This document shows, piece after piece, positions 51,001-58,510 of a stretch of DNA of 64,000 nucleotides (the stretch's first letter is position 1; every line of letters starts with the position of its first letter). Both the position numbers and the translations under genes were made by a program. The notes beneath the pieces are model-generated. The model did not search any database, was not told the DNA's origin, and worked only from the letters and a program-made list of their open reading frames with translations. This DNA is from Promethearchaeota archaeon (lineage in GTDB: Archaea; Asgardarchaeota; Lokiarchaeia; Sigyniarchaeales; SOKP01): positions 1 through 64,000 of the forward strand of contig JAUVXW010000008.1 in assembly GCA_030603385.1 (NCBI GenBank). The letters run 5' to 3'.

Positions 51001-51761
51001 TAGGAGATATAATGATAAACAAATTGAACGAATCAGAAATCGTATTAGTCAATGTGGAGTTGATAATAGAAGCAACGCCTAAAAATATGATATACTTCTT
51101 GATAAATAGAATTAGTAGTCTATATAACAATATTAATAAAGCAACAGAGTCATGTAGAAAATATGTTCTATTACATTTCTTGTCCTACTCTAAACATTTG
51201 TTAAATAGATCTTTAGTTTCTCTTGAGAGATTTTATTATAATTTTTCAGTATTACTTGATATCCTTTCTAGATCCAAGTTACAATTTGTTAGTTTAATTG
51301 GTGAATTTTGTAGATTCGATAAAATTTTCAATCAAACGTTTACTAATTATGTTAAAAATGAATTATGGGATTGTCACGATCAAATTTCACTACTCATAGG
51401 AACAACGATAAATATAGCTCTAAATAATAAAACTGGTACTGATATAAGCTTAATTCAAATAACTCATAATTCTCTATTTCGAATTTTGGATTTCTATGAT
51501 ATTAAGAGATGTATTTACCATTCAATTTATATTAGATTATTCGTAATTGACAATTATTACTCTTTCTTATATAATTACGCTATACTTGATAAATCAACAG
51601 CTTTTCGATGTGTTCTAAGAAAATTAGACTCAAGATATAATTCCTTTTTACATAAGTTATGCATTTATAGACGTTTTAAATTAATTCCCGATCAATTGTA
51701 TTTTGATATGTTAAATAAAATCAGTGAAATTCAATCAGATCTAATGAATTTAAATTTATAA
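45054..51761 (+). CDS. Giant (2235 aa) exported/surface protein with six Ig-like (N.GN / PGE) repeats
   Basis: N-terminal hydrophobic signal; repeats TNNG, KNLGN, TNLGN, QNLGN, NNFGN, TNLGN about 105 aa apart; many N-x-S/T sequons; internal hydrophobic helices. Confidence 0.85.
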   Translation: MKPYSRKFSTIWLIFLFIFGGFIPAFTLNLFNLKEKLEGNSDDTLESITEKERENIEDDIINTEEKDSEIERLINDEENAQDVYTTRLNDININKSQMDVDYSSIEDLTNEYLAGNITLETYLIKIRGKPIIYTSVYNNGTFERIIKFIEYIDTKPVNLTDAIEYEILHTENIKSYEIINVKNVKDYNKKNLAYEVAGNLQALSINKLISKDFSSYYKDFFDLFHNNLKTGQSVLTLKYELERPINNRNYVLSKVIYDKDNCQVLFDNFLSNSRRYQVKNKTIVIERNLSISNKATINLYVGVLYNPSFLGIPIPIVSYKFTYDIYCSIEAIPFYTSSLTPKDGSISLAIYFAHETEYSTLEAVHYLVAAIPFVGLAFAIWFAVVSEDARNSEKAGAVSFSTSSSRGDTISSINDWSYTTPGGYYNPYSGPYYRYATISKSSNTQDKGTVTISTTLSGSGLGASGLDSDSVTLEYVRILKVPELTYVIDRTAMTAGVNGNLKVTVKNKNSDTNSIKLKDLIIKVSLVLNPSKFDINSVGTKYATHKFTTISDSGEKSFTIIPILDEMGDARLKIEILGYKFFIDANPDVTITISSTSIQKTQDITNLPAIANIIIKDFTPIHQFQLISRSEPGYEFSLNIALENLGGIDAQLIEFYLYLKYPSSAYFDTYDTLTYDRIANITGSNIELFTYSTNLEIKGDYTFRFGIVYSFEVLGKTYTSLFIYNQNEDQDNCLILPDPYNNKDYNMVINLRSRPMINLEVDITDDSYTVVKIIAGNRAQFDNLSFSISYKAIGVKYENDGMNIFGWFTDAANIITDIASFATKSYGEGLKALITAITSFKRLGDEMKYNVADFLIRIGVGIIIRAIYTLYFSWGPYNINTPLGSFLGDLKGTYYAQSGGYEPSEVIDDEDLILKFKRDSPNIIDDFWLVYLARGFHRSQIYIDFDYTFSDKYGNVWTGSEVELKKEGQEVSNLDNVEVTVQLSVFMKDGFNVYYNCWVEFLTISATLVIEIVLSALGWLPGMQWTWAAVAMNLLMLALSVTIMGIIAAILYSDPDPNYTVIDEPIPYELEEIFTNSSDGGSHLKQIKLMSDLFGYLNASKTSLFRLYQAKLENNQTYTVLQSKALYKYTVEAERINNDLLYESLYNALLNYNRSLIDNKTANILIEKIKNEGITPEVENKIREISSGVNNDTFDVIEEEIYNMNSTQIISLLNRNHTMDEMYARYLIFNDRIHFLRDESLDGIVYARTEILEGSIRNATTQELNVPFNLNKTIINQLESENFTNIETLCQDLNESAWELFYKTNNTLYMKYADFALQTLYSLKFYISVRAIGYPNQIIIDENITPQTLNLEITNNGFINSTFGFEVESDFIGIFSISPDISSIQIFVEPLQIHELKIEFSISDNHILTPGEYPGKIRVYSLENPLKYDEIDFSIIIPIYNFNISSEAKSISVVPGETVKTNLNVKNLGNVYDIYELQIVSEIPISWIYTLNKIILPKGNDYDIPLVITPVRHYTTTPGTYLVEIFVKSIGNGSIIKSLLYSIEILPYYEYSSSSKIIDNKIKPGEEAIFNFNITNLGNTPETYNISLSVDDFIKNWTTSNLLSNNYEVISLQPGETFSKQILLITIDTYKLVSGIYENFLKIESITSSVDHEFLDFTIEILKSIRFSVKIDDIEEKVIPGEIAQYNLTIQNLGNIGEFFNYSIDFIGAESTWEIQLITEEDPELDLTGWVSLNPGENQTFKLEVFPPRIYTTTVGIYPFYFLVFSNSTPPINQTVSSVIEILNFYEMTVDFDISNYEVDPGEITILCLNINNFGNDNYTFSISLSSNVPNEWISIYTNTILLQPGETSEIQIEILPPKLYTTVPGIYNITLNVTLLENPETYQMIETEIKILEFYESIIHAIPEKIEAEIGDSIEFEFSITNLGNVLSEYSLHSFSWNVSIVSEWIKVLIPSITLNPGETGKLLINIDIPYFWQDMEPIHAIGDIMINKLNESEIVLVNVELIIEATPKNMIYFLINRISSLYNNINKATESCRKYVLLHFLSYSKHLLNRSLVSLERFYYNFSVLLDILSRSKLQFVSLIGEFCRFDKIFNQTFTNYVKNELWDCHDQISLLIGTTINIALNNKTGTDISLIQITHNSLFRILDFYDIKRCIYHSIYIRLFVIDNYYSFLYNYAILDKSTAFRCVLRKLDSRYNSFLHKLCIYRRFKLIPDQLYFDMLNKISEIQSDLMNLNL

Positions 51762-51817
51762 TTTAACACTTTTTTTTTCCTATTTTATTTGGTTAATTAT
51801 TAAAAAAGCATAGAAAT

Positions 51818-52087
51818 TTGGAGAGTTTATTCCATTTAAAACGGCTTTACATTTATGATAATCGAATTGAATCGTTTAAGGACTTAGATAACTTAGAAAA
51901 TCTAAAATATTTGGATTTAAACTATAATTTATTTTTTCAGGCAGATGAATATCAAATGCCTTTACGGGAAGCAAAAGAGTATTTTGGCCATTTGAAGAAG
52001 CTCTTAATGCTTAATGGCCATCTTTACCCAGATAATGATTTTTATACATTTTTAAGGGGTGGAAGGGCTACAAATGTTTGGATATAG
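51818..52087 (+). pseudogene. Leucine-rich-repeat gene fragment
   Basis: LKRLYIYDNRI and LENLKYLDLNYN; begins abruptly inside a repeat at TTG. Confidence 0.55.
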
Positions 52088-52304
52088 TTTTATTTTGATT
52101 TTTGCTTTCTTATAATAATCAGAGTTTCTTCTAATTAAGGATATGGTCGATTTATTGCAATTTAAATTTATTACTTCGATAAATCTCGTTTAAAAAGTCA
52201 ATATCTTCTTGAGTAGCAAGTGCCTGAGTCAATTTTAATCCTTTAATTTCATTGTAGTGAATATCATAAGCATTTTTAAAACAATTCACTAAAAGTTGCT
52301 TAAA

Positions 52305-52841
52305 TCACTGATTTTTCATAAAAATTTTCCGTTTATTAAATATTTTAATTGACTGTCCCAGATTCTCTTGTCTCTTCCAATAGAATAACGGATCACCTAT
52401 GGAACTCCCAAAATACTTCTCTAATACGTCAATGATAAAAACTTCATTAATTTCTATTAAAATTCTATTTTCATATTTAAGAGAAACTAAATCCATAAGA
52501 GTATCTAAAATCCCCTGGAAGAATGCTTCTGCAACACTCGGTCCCATACTCTCAAAAGTGGTGTTATATAAAGATACGAGATTGTCACTTGTCAATATTA
52601 TATCCCTTACATGCGAAGACATTTTGCGATAGGGTAAAGCTAAAAAATGAAACCTAAAGAACCGAATCTCATTTTTCGGGAAAAAAATAATATCATTTAA
52701 TGGTGTGAAAGTAAGAGGGTCAAATCCAAGGTATTTGCACAGATGATAAATTATATGAAAAGAAATAACTTCTTTTTCATACCAATAAATTTCATCGTAC
52801 TCATTTTTTATCAATTTATCAAAACTCGTTTTTACCACCAA
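52305..52841 (-). CDS. Hypothetical protein (possibly a fragment)
   Basis: 178-aa ORF with non-ATG start, no recognised motif. Confidence 0.45.
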   Translation of the reverse strand: MVVKTSFDKLIKNEYDEIYWYEKEVISFHIIYHLCKYLGFDPLTFTPLNDIIFFPKNEIRFFRFHFLALPYRKMSSHVRDIILTSDNLVSLYNTTFESMGPSVAEAFFQGILDTLMDLVSLKYENRILIEINEVFIIDVLEKYFGSSIGDPLFYWKRQENLGQSIKIFNKRKIFMKNQ

Positions 52842-53326
52842 TGATGTAATATTATTTTAAAATGATAAAATTTTGATTATTTTTTTAAATTTTTTTAAAA
52901 AATTTTAAACTTCATCTCTAAAAAATAAATCTGGAATTAAAATTTCGGTTATCAATATATAGATATTATATATTTTTATTTAACGAAAGAGGGTGGATTA
53001 CACTTAGGAGGAATTATTGTTAAAAAGTTTTTTCAGTTTACAGGGTTTTGTTCAGTTTCCCGAAAAACGGCTTGTAGCCGCATTTTCACGGGGTTTAAAA
53101 ATAGTTTTTGAAACTGATATCTTTTTGAATCCTCCAAATCGTATTGTGTAATCCAAGTAAATTAATATCGATCTTTGTAAATAAATTTATCTTATTTGAC
53201 AAGAAGATAAGAAATGCTAATTGCTTATATTTTACTGGTTCTTTAGGATTAATCATCAAGATTTTATTAAATAGCAAATATTTTTTACAAAAATAAAATT
53301 ATAACAATTAGAAAAATATTTTAGGT

Positions 53327-53459
53327 AGCCCAGTAGTGTAGAATTGGGCATAACTATTGCTCAATAGTAAAAAGGTCAAGCATCGGGGGCCCTGAACCCC
53401 TGGACCACGGTTCGAATAATTACCGAATTTATCGTTAATCGAAATTCCGTGCTGGGCTA
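53327..53459 (+). tRNA. tRNA-Gln (anticodon CTG) with D-loop insertion and T-loop (59/60) intron
   Basis: Acceptor AGCCCAG/CTGGGCT (A1-U72), D stem GTGT/GCAT, anticodon arm GGGGG-CCCTGAA-CCCCT, T stem CACGG/CCGTG; insertions at about 53343-53373 and 53417-53445. Confidence 0.88.
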
Positions 53460-53467
53460 TTTTTCTT

Positions 53468-53830
53468 TTATCCTGTTCGTTTAATAATGTGATATCCATA
53501 CTGTGTTTTTACAGGCTGAGAAATCTCACCTACTTTCAATCTACTGCAAGCATTCCAAAATTCAGCTACCATATCTCCTTTTGAAAATTCTCCTAAGTTC
53601 CCACCTTTCTTTTTACTTGGACAATTAGAGTATTGTTGAGCCAAACTTTCAAATTTTTCCCCAGCTTCTAAATCTTCACTGATTTCTTTTGCTCTATTAA
53701 ATTTATCAACTAAAATATGACTTGCTTTAATTTTCCCTCCACTGATAGGATCTCCCTTATTTCCTGATCTTTGACCCTCAGAACCTTTCGCTTTTTTTTG
53801 ATATCCTTTCCCGTATTTATTTTTTCCCAT
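53468..53830 (-). CDS. Parvulin-type peptidyl-prolyl isomerase with basic N-terminal tail
   Basis: IKASHILV, FESLAQQYS.CPS.KKGGNLG, MVAEF, PVKTQYGYHII. Confidence 0.95.
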   Translation of the reverse strand: MGKNKYGKGYQKKAKGSEGQRSGNKGDPISGGKIKASHILVDKFNRAKEISEDLEAGEKFESLAQQYSNCPSKKKGGNLGEFSKGDMVAEFWNACSRLKVGEISQPVKTQYGYHIIKRTG

Positions 53831-53911
53831 AAAATTTTCAACTTATTTGATTTAACCTAAATATTTCGACTAAATAATAGGTTTTCAGGTTTGTATTAGG
53901 TAAAAATGTAT

Positions 53912-54328
53912 CTAATTAACAATTAAATATCTAAAATTTTTAATCTCTTTGATACTGTTTATTTCAACAACCAATTTTTGGAAATCTTGTACCTGACCCT
54001 CGAAAATCATAAAAATAATAGAGTTTTGATTCACAAAATTAACATTCTTACTAATTATTTGCTCTTTATATTCACTTTCAATTCTATTTAGTTTTTTCTG
54101 TATTAAATAGTCATTAGGGGCAATAAGAATCATATTTCCTACAATCTTTTTGGGGATTGGACCTAGTTCGCTAGCAAGATCCATACTAGAAATATCTATT
54201 GTTGACATTAATCGCAATAATGCATCTCTAATTAATTTAGATTTGTTCTCATATTGATTTTTTGAAACCAGTTTATTAATGAACTTTTTAAGGCCCTCAT
54301 TAATACTTATACTAATTATTGGGCTCAC
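53912..54328 (-). CDS. Ribbon-helix-helix (CopG/NikR-like) regulator with ACT-like C-terminus
   Basis: MSPIISISI....K.FI..LV....YENKSKLIRDAL; NikR His/Cys Ni ligands absent. Confidence 0.8.
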   Translation of the reverse strand: MSPIISISINEGLKKFINKLVSKNQYENKSKLIRDALLRLMSTIDISSMDLASELGPIPKKIVGNMILIAPNDYLIQKKLNRIESEYKEQIISKNVNFVNQNSIIFMIFEGQVQDFQKLVVEINSIKEIKNFRYLIVN

Positions 54329-54434
54329 GATATTAACACTTTTTAATAATTGATTGAAATTTAAAGAGCAATGTAGTTTTTAATAATAAATATAGTTAAT
54401 AAGATTTATAAATTTTTTTTATGAGTAGAATGAC

Positions 54435-56804
54435 TTATAATTTAATAGATCTCGCGATCACACTTCTAAAATTTTCAGTATCTGTTAGCAATTTGTCTCC
54501 ATCTTCATCCGAAATTTTATCATCCTTCCCATATTTGTTTAAACGGGTAAGCCAAAATTCCATTCTCCCAAGAATAGCTTCTTTGTCTCCGATAATTTTC
54601 CTTACACGGATAAATGTATCATGTAGTTTAGTCCGAATATTTTGAGCTTTCCATCTTAACATACAATAATCAGACATTTCGGCTAAATTTTGTGTGATTG
54701 CCATAATATCAATAGTCTTCTCACGCTCTTCCGATTTAATCTTTCGTATGATGTTAATCTCTTCAAATAACATTTCTATAATTTTAGCAAGGAACCCTGT
54801 TAGCTGACCAGCATGGCCACACCAAACTCTTACTTCTAATGACTGATTTGACTCAGATACATAGAGTCTTGTTATGATCCTACCACCAGTGGTTTTTGCT
54901 TCACTACAATGCCAAGATTCTGCTTCATATTTTCCCTTTGCATCTTGTCCCTCATGTGATGTCACTGTACTTACTTCAAAACGTTTTAAAGTTCGAACTG
55001 CTGCTCTATAAGCTAATCTTGGATCTAAATCTGCTATTAAAAATGCTCGAGCATCATTAGGTAAATCTTGAATTGAAATCTGAACATCTTCGATAGTTGA
55101 CAAACATGATACAAGGAGAGGGCATTTGATTTGAACTTCCTTTTTCCTAATATGGACAGTATGCTTATTTCCTTTTGCATCTTTATAGATCACTGTACCT
55201 CCAATTGAAGAAATCCCACACTCTTTTGGCTCTAAATAGAAATCTACACCCCTTGAATTCTTTGCTTCAATAACGGGAATATTAATTAATGGAGTTTTAA
55301 CTTTATATGAACTGGGAACATCCAAAATTACTTTAACTGAATTTATTGCCATAGTTGTTTTATTTCTAACTGCAACTTTAAAATGTAATTGCCCCCCTAT
55401 AAAATCATAATCACGAACAACTTCGATTTTACCTCTATCTAAAGGTTTCTTAGCTGTTGGTTTAGCATTTATTTTTGCTTCCATAGGCACAGAATACGCG
55501 GTGAAATTTCTCTTCGACATATCAATATATCCATCAATATCGCCTCGTGCGATAATCTGTGCTAAATTTTCTTCTATGCTTGATTCAGTCACTCCCAATC
55601 TATTTGAAAGTTCCCTTAAAGGCATAGTCCTATAAACTCTGGCGATTTCTTTAATTTTTGTCTCCATATATTTATTTGTCATAAATTCTCTTCTTTGAGT
55701 GAATAACCCTTTAATTTTACCAGTTTTAATTAATTCATGAAGACTTTTTCTCGCTAATTCCACAGCAATTTTTAGTTTTATAGCAAGTTTATTAAGTTCA
55801 AATAATCCCATTTCTTTAGAATAGGCTTTAATTTCCTTAAATATTTGACCAGCAGTGATAAGTTCATTACCTCTATCAGCAAAATAACCATTAACTGCCT
55901 TTGCTCTCATTAAATTAACACAGAAAGATTTTACAAGTTCTTTTGGAAGGTTTAAATTATTTGATAAGGTTTTTAATGATACACGACCTTTTTTCTTAAT
56001 CTCGTTTATTAAATTATCTAAAATGTACTTCTGAGTATAATAAATATTTTTATCTTGTGAAAATGACCCTTTTATTTGGAATTGATTGATTAACATATAT
56101 ATAACCTTACGAGCAAGTGCACCACTCATATCTAACATTACAGTTAAATCATCAACTTTAATAATCCCTTTATCATGAAACATGGATAATAATTTTTCCC
56201 TCATTTCTGGAGAAATATAATAGAACATTTGATTCTTTTGATCAATTATTCCATATATTCTTTCTTCATCCATATACTTGTTTATGAATTTAATCATCTG
56301 TTCTGCAGATATATTAAAAGAATTCATTATAGTAGAAAAATTAGTGAGAGTTGCCCTTCTTAATAAGTCTAGAAAACAATTAGGACAAATTTCTTTTCCT
56401 ATTATATGTCTTAATTTTTTACTACATAAAGTTAACCTGTTTCCTTTAATAAGATTATATCGTAATGCTTCTCTTGCTAATTTTTCCTTTGTGGGAAAGA
56501 ATATTCCAGGGGTTTTTAAATAAGAATTCCACGAATCCGGGCATTGAGGATTTGTACATTCTAGATAATATTGACCTGAAGATAATCTTTCTAATCTTAA
56601 AAGAGATTTACATATAGGGCATTCACTATCTTCAACTATAGTACACTTAAAATTCCTTTCTGAAGCCTTTGCTTTTGAGTAAATAATACGATGTTTTTTA
56701 CACTCATGAATTTCGGTAGTCGCAATATGATTAATACAAAAACTAGATTTACATTTTTCGCAAGTAAAGTCGATATCTTGATTTTCACAGAAAAGGCATT
56801 TCAT
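54435..56804 (-). CDS. Zn-finger + winged-helix/PCI repeat + beta-sandwich/platform protein
   Basis: Cys-rich N-terminus (CEKC..FC..H, CPIC, CTNPQC, CPNC); five WH/PCI-like repeats (I.G.ID/F), last one MPLRELSNRLGV....IE..LAQII..G.IDGYID; C-terminal beta-rich module. Confidence 0.75.
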   Translation of the reverse strand: MKCLFCENQDIDFTCEKCKSSFCINHIATTEIHECKKHRIIYSKAKASERNFKCTIVEDSECPICKSLLRLERLSSGQYYLECTNPQCPDSWNSYLKTPGIFFPTKEKLAREALRYNLIKGNRLTLCSKKLRHIIGKEICPNCFLDLLRRATLTNFSTIMNSFNISAEQMIKFINKYMDEERIYGIIDQKNQMFYYISPEMREKLLSMFHDKGIIKVDDLTVMLDMSGALARKVIYMLINQFQIKGSFSQDKNIYYTQKYILDNLINEIKKKGRVSLKTLSNNLNLPKELVKSFCVNLMRAKAVNGYFADRGNELITAGQIFKEIKAYSKEMGLFELNKLAIKLKIAVELARKSLHELIKTGKIKGLFTQRREFMTNKYMETKIKEIARVYRTMPLRELSNRLGVTESSIEENLAQIIARGDIDGYIDMSKRNFTAYSVPMEAKINAKPTAKKPLDRGKIEVVRDYDFIGGQLHFKVAVRNKTTMAINSVKVILDVPSSYKVKTPLINIPVIEAKNSRGVDFYLEPKECGISSIGGTVIYKDAKGNKHTVHIRKKEVQIKCPLLVSCLSTIEDVQISIQDLPNDARAFLIADLDPRLAYRAAVRTLKRFEVSTVTSHEGQDAKGKYEAESWHCSEAKTTGGRIITRLYVSESNQSLEVRVWCGHAGQLTGFLAKIIEMLFEEINIIRKIKSEEREKTIDIMAITQNLAEMSDYCMLRWKAQNIRTKLHDTFIRVRKIIGDKEAILGRMEFWLTRLNKYGKDDKISDEDGDKLLTDTENFRSVIARSIKL

Positions 56805-56843
56805 TATTTTTTGAGATCTATTTTTTTATTTTTTGAGATCTAT
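56804..56843. repeat. 18-bp direct repeat TTATTTTTTGAGATCTAT x2, period 22 bp
   Basis: Copies at 56804-56821 and 56826-56843, immediately upstream of the 54435-56804 start codon. Confidence 0.7.
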
Positions 56844-56969
56844 ATAATTATAAAAAAAATATAGCTTAAAATATTTTAATAGACCAAATTTTAGTAATTT
56901 CTAATAATATGAATAATTAAAAGATAATTAACTTTTTCATTAAATTCTTATAAGTTGTTGACAGAATCA

Positions 56970-57695
56970 TTAAAAAGAAACCTCTGGAAAAACGCGGATA
57001 TGCAAAAATGATAAAATCATCACGGCTGTATTAAATAATATTATTATCAATATCATAATGAGTAATGTCCAATTAGTTTTAGGTTCTCTTGCTTTTAAAA
57101 TTTGAGATGTTCCATGTTTTGCCAAAGCCAGTGGAAAAAGTCCCACAAATGTTCCCAAAGAAAAATAGAATACAATAAAAATACCATCAATAAAAATACC
57201 ACTGAGTGAATATTGTAAACATTGAGAATATATAAGTAATTCAAAAATACATGGAGCAAAACCTGCTAAAATGCCAAAAAGATATGGTGTTTTCTTTTTT
57301 TCCCAATTCAACTCGCTTAATTCATCTTTATACTTTGAATGTGGTATATATTTTCTTCTTGTTATAAAAAACAACATAATTATGCCCGCAAACATAGAGA
57401 CAACAGCTCCAAAAAAATTAATAGTAAAATCATCAGGAATAATATGCGGGATAAATATTTGGGGAAGAAGACTTATAAATACTGTAATGAAAGCAATTAT
57501 CAAATTAGAAGAAATTAAACCTAAACCATAAAGAACTAGAATTAAAATACTCCTTAACGGGGTTTTAGAAATACCAAATGACCAAAAAAAGAAGATCGCT
57601 TTATCCTCACATGGAATTGCTGTATGGAGAATTCCTAAAGTAAACGCTGGTGCGAAAACAACTAATAATGGTGGTAAATAAAATTCTTGAAACAT
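56970..57695 (-). CDS. Multi-pass transporter-like protein (RcnA/NiCoT/DsbD_2-like)
   Basis: LGILHTAIPCEDK and GILAGFAPC motifs, about 6 TM helices. Confidence 0.65.
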   Translation of the reverse strand: MFQEFYLPPLLVVFAPAFTLGILHTAIPCEDKAIFFFWSFGISKTPLRSILILVLYGLGLISSNLIIAFITVFISLLPQIFIPHIIPDDFTINFFGAVVSMFAGIIMLFFITRRKYIPHSKYKDELSELNWEKKKTPYLFGILAGFAPCIFELLIYSQCLQYSLSGIFIDGIFIVFYFSLGTFVGLFPLALAKHGTSQILKAREPKTNWTLLIMILIIILFNTAVMILSFLHIRVFPEVSF

Positions 57696-57748
57696 TTTTT
57701 AACAATATATTTCTTTATGGAATTCTAAAATTAAATTTCTTCTATTTC

Positions 57749-58498
57749 TTAGTCTTCTTTAAATATATTTTCATCATCATATTTAGAATTTTTGATTATA
57801 GAAAATGGGACCGTCTGTTCATAAAAAGCTTTTCCAATTACAACTCCTTTAACACCAATTTCCTTTAATTCATCAAGATCATCAGTGTTTCGAATCCCTC
57901 CTGCTACATATATTGACGCTTTTTTTACTGTTTTTATCATTTTCCGTATATTTTGAAAATCGGGACCAGATAAAGTCCCATCTGCTTTAATTGATGAAAA
58001 TAGAATGAATCTTATCCCCATATTTTCAATCTCTTTTCCAAATGAGAACGGATTTTTATTTGAGAGTTTTGTCCATCCTTGAATAGCAATTTTTTCACTA
58101 TGATAATCTATTGCAATAATTATTTTATTAGAGCCAATCATTTTCACCAATTTCTGTATTATTTTTGGATCCGTTATGGCAATTGTTCCTAAAATTATGC
58201 GATCTACTCCAATTTTGATTAGATCTAGTGCCGATTCAATATCTCTTATTCCCCCTCCAACCTGAATCTTTAATTTATTAGATGCCTTCTTAATTATATT
58301 TTTGAATAACATTTTATTAATATCAGATCCCCATGCGCCATCTAAATCTATAAAATGGATTCGATTTGCTCCCTTATTAATCCAAAATTCGATTGCTTCA
58401 AAAGGATCCTCATAATATACTTTTTCAGTACCTTTTAACCCTTGATATAAACGCACGCACTTTCCATTACTAACATCTATAGCAGGAATTATTTCCAT
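57749..58498 (-). CDS. hisA: ProFAR isomerase (histidine biosynthesis)
   Basis: IIPAIDV..GKCVRL.QG, HFIDLDGA, QVGGGIR, DGTLSGPD, AGGI, IGKAFY. Confidence 0.96.
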   Translation of the reverse strand: MEIIPAIDVSNGKCVRLYQGLKGTEKVYYEDPFEAIEFWINKGANRIHFIDLDGAWGSDINKMLFKNIIKKASNKLKIQVGGGIRDIESALDLIKIGVDRIILGTIAITDPKIIQKLVKMIGSNKIIIAIDYHSEKIAIQGWTKLSNKNPFSFGKEIENMGIRFILFSSIKADGTLSGPDFQNIRKMIKTVKKASIYVAGGIRNTDDLDELKEIGVKGVVIGKAFYEQTVPFSIIKNSKYDDENIFKED

Positions 58499-58510
58499 AG
58501 TTTTAATGAG

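Noticed and set aside
53059-53092. SECIS interpretation of the GTGA-led minus-strand hairpin
   Set aside because: No GA on the 3' side and no selenoprotein candidate nearby
53095-53277. 60-aa ORF upstream of tRNA-Gln
   Set aside because: Short, non-ATG start, no motif; cannot be supported
53308-53499. 63-aa minus-strand ORF
   Set aside because: Antisense to tRNA-Gln; shadow ORF
53912-54328. NikR nickel regulator
   Set aside because: His/Cys nickel ligands are absent; called only RHH regulator
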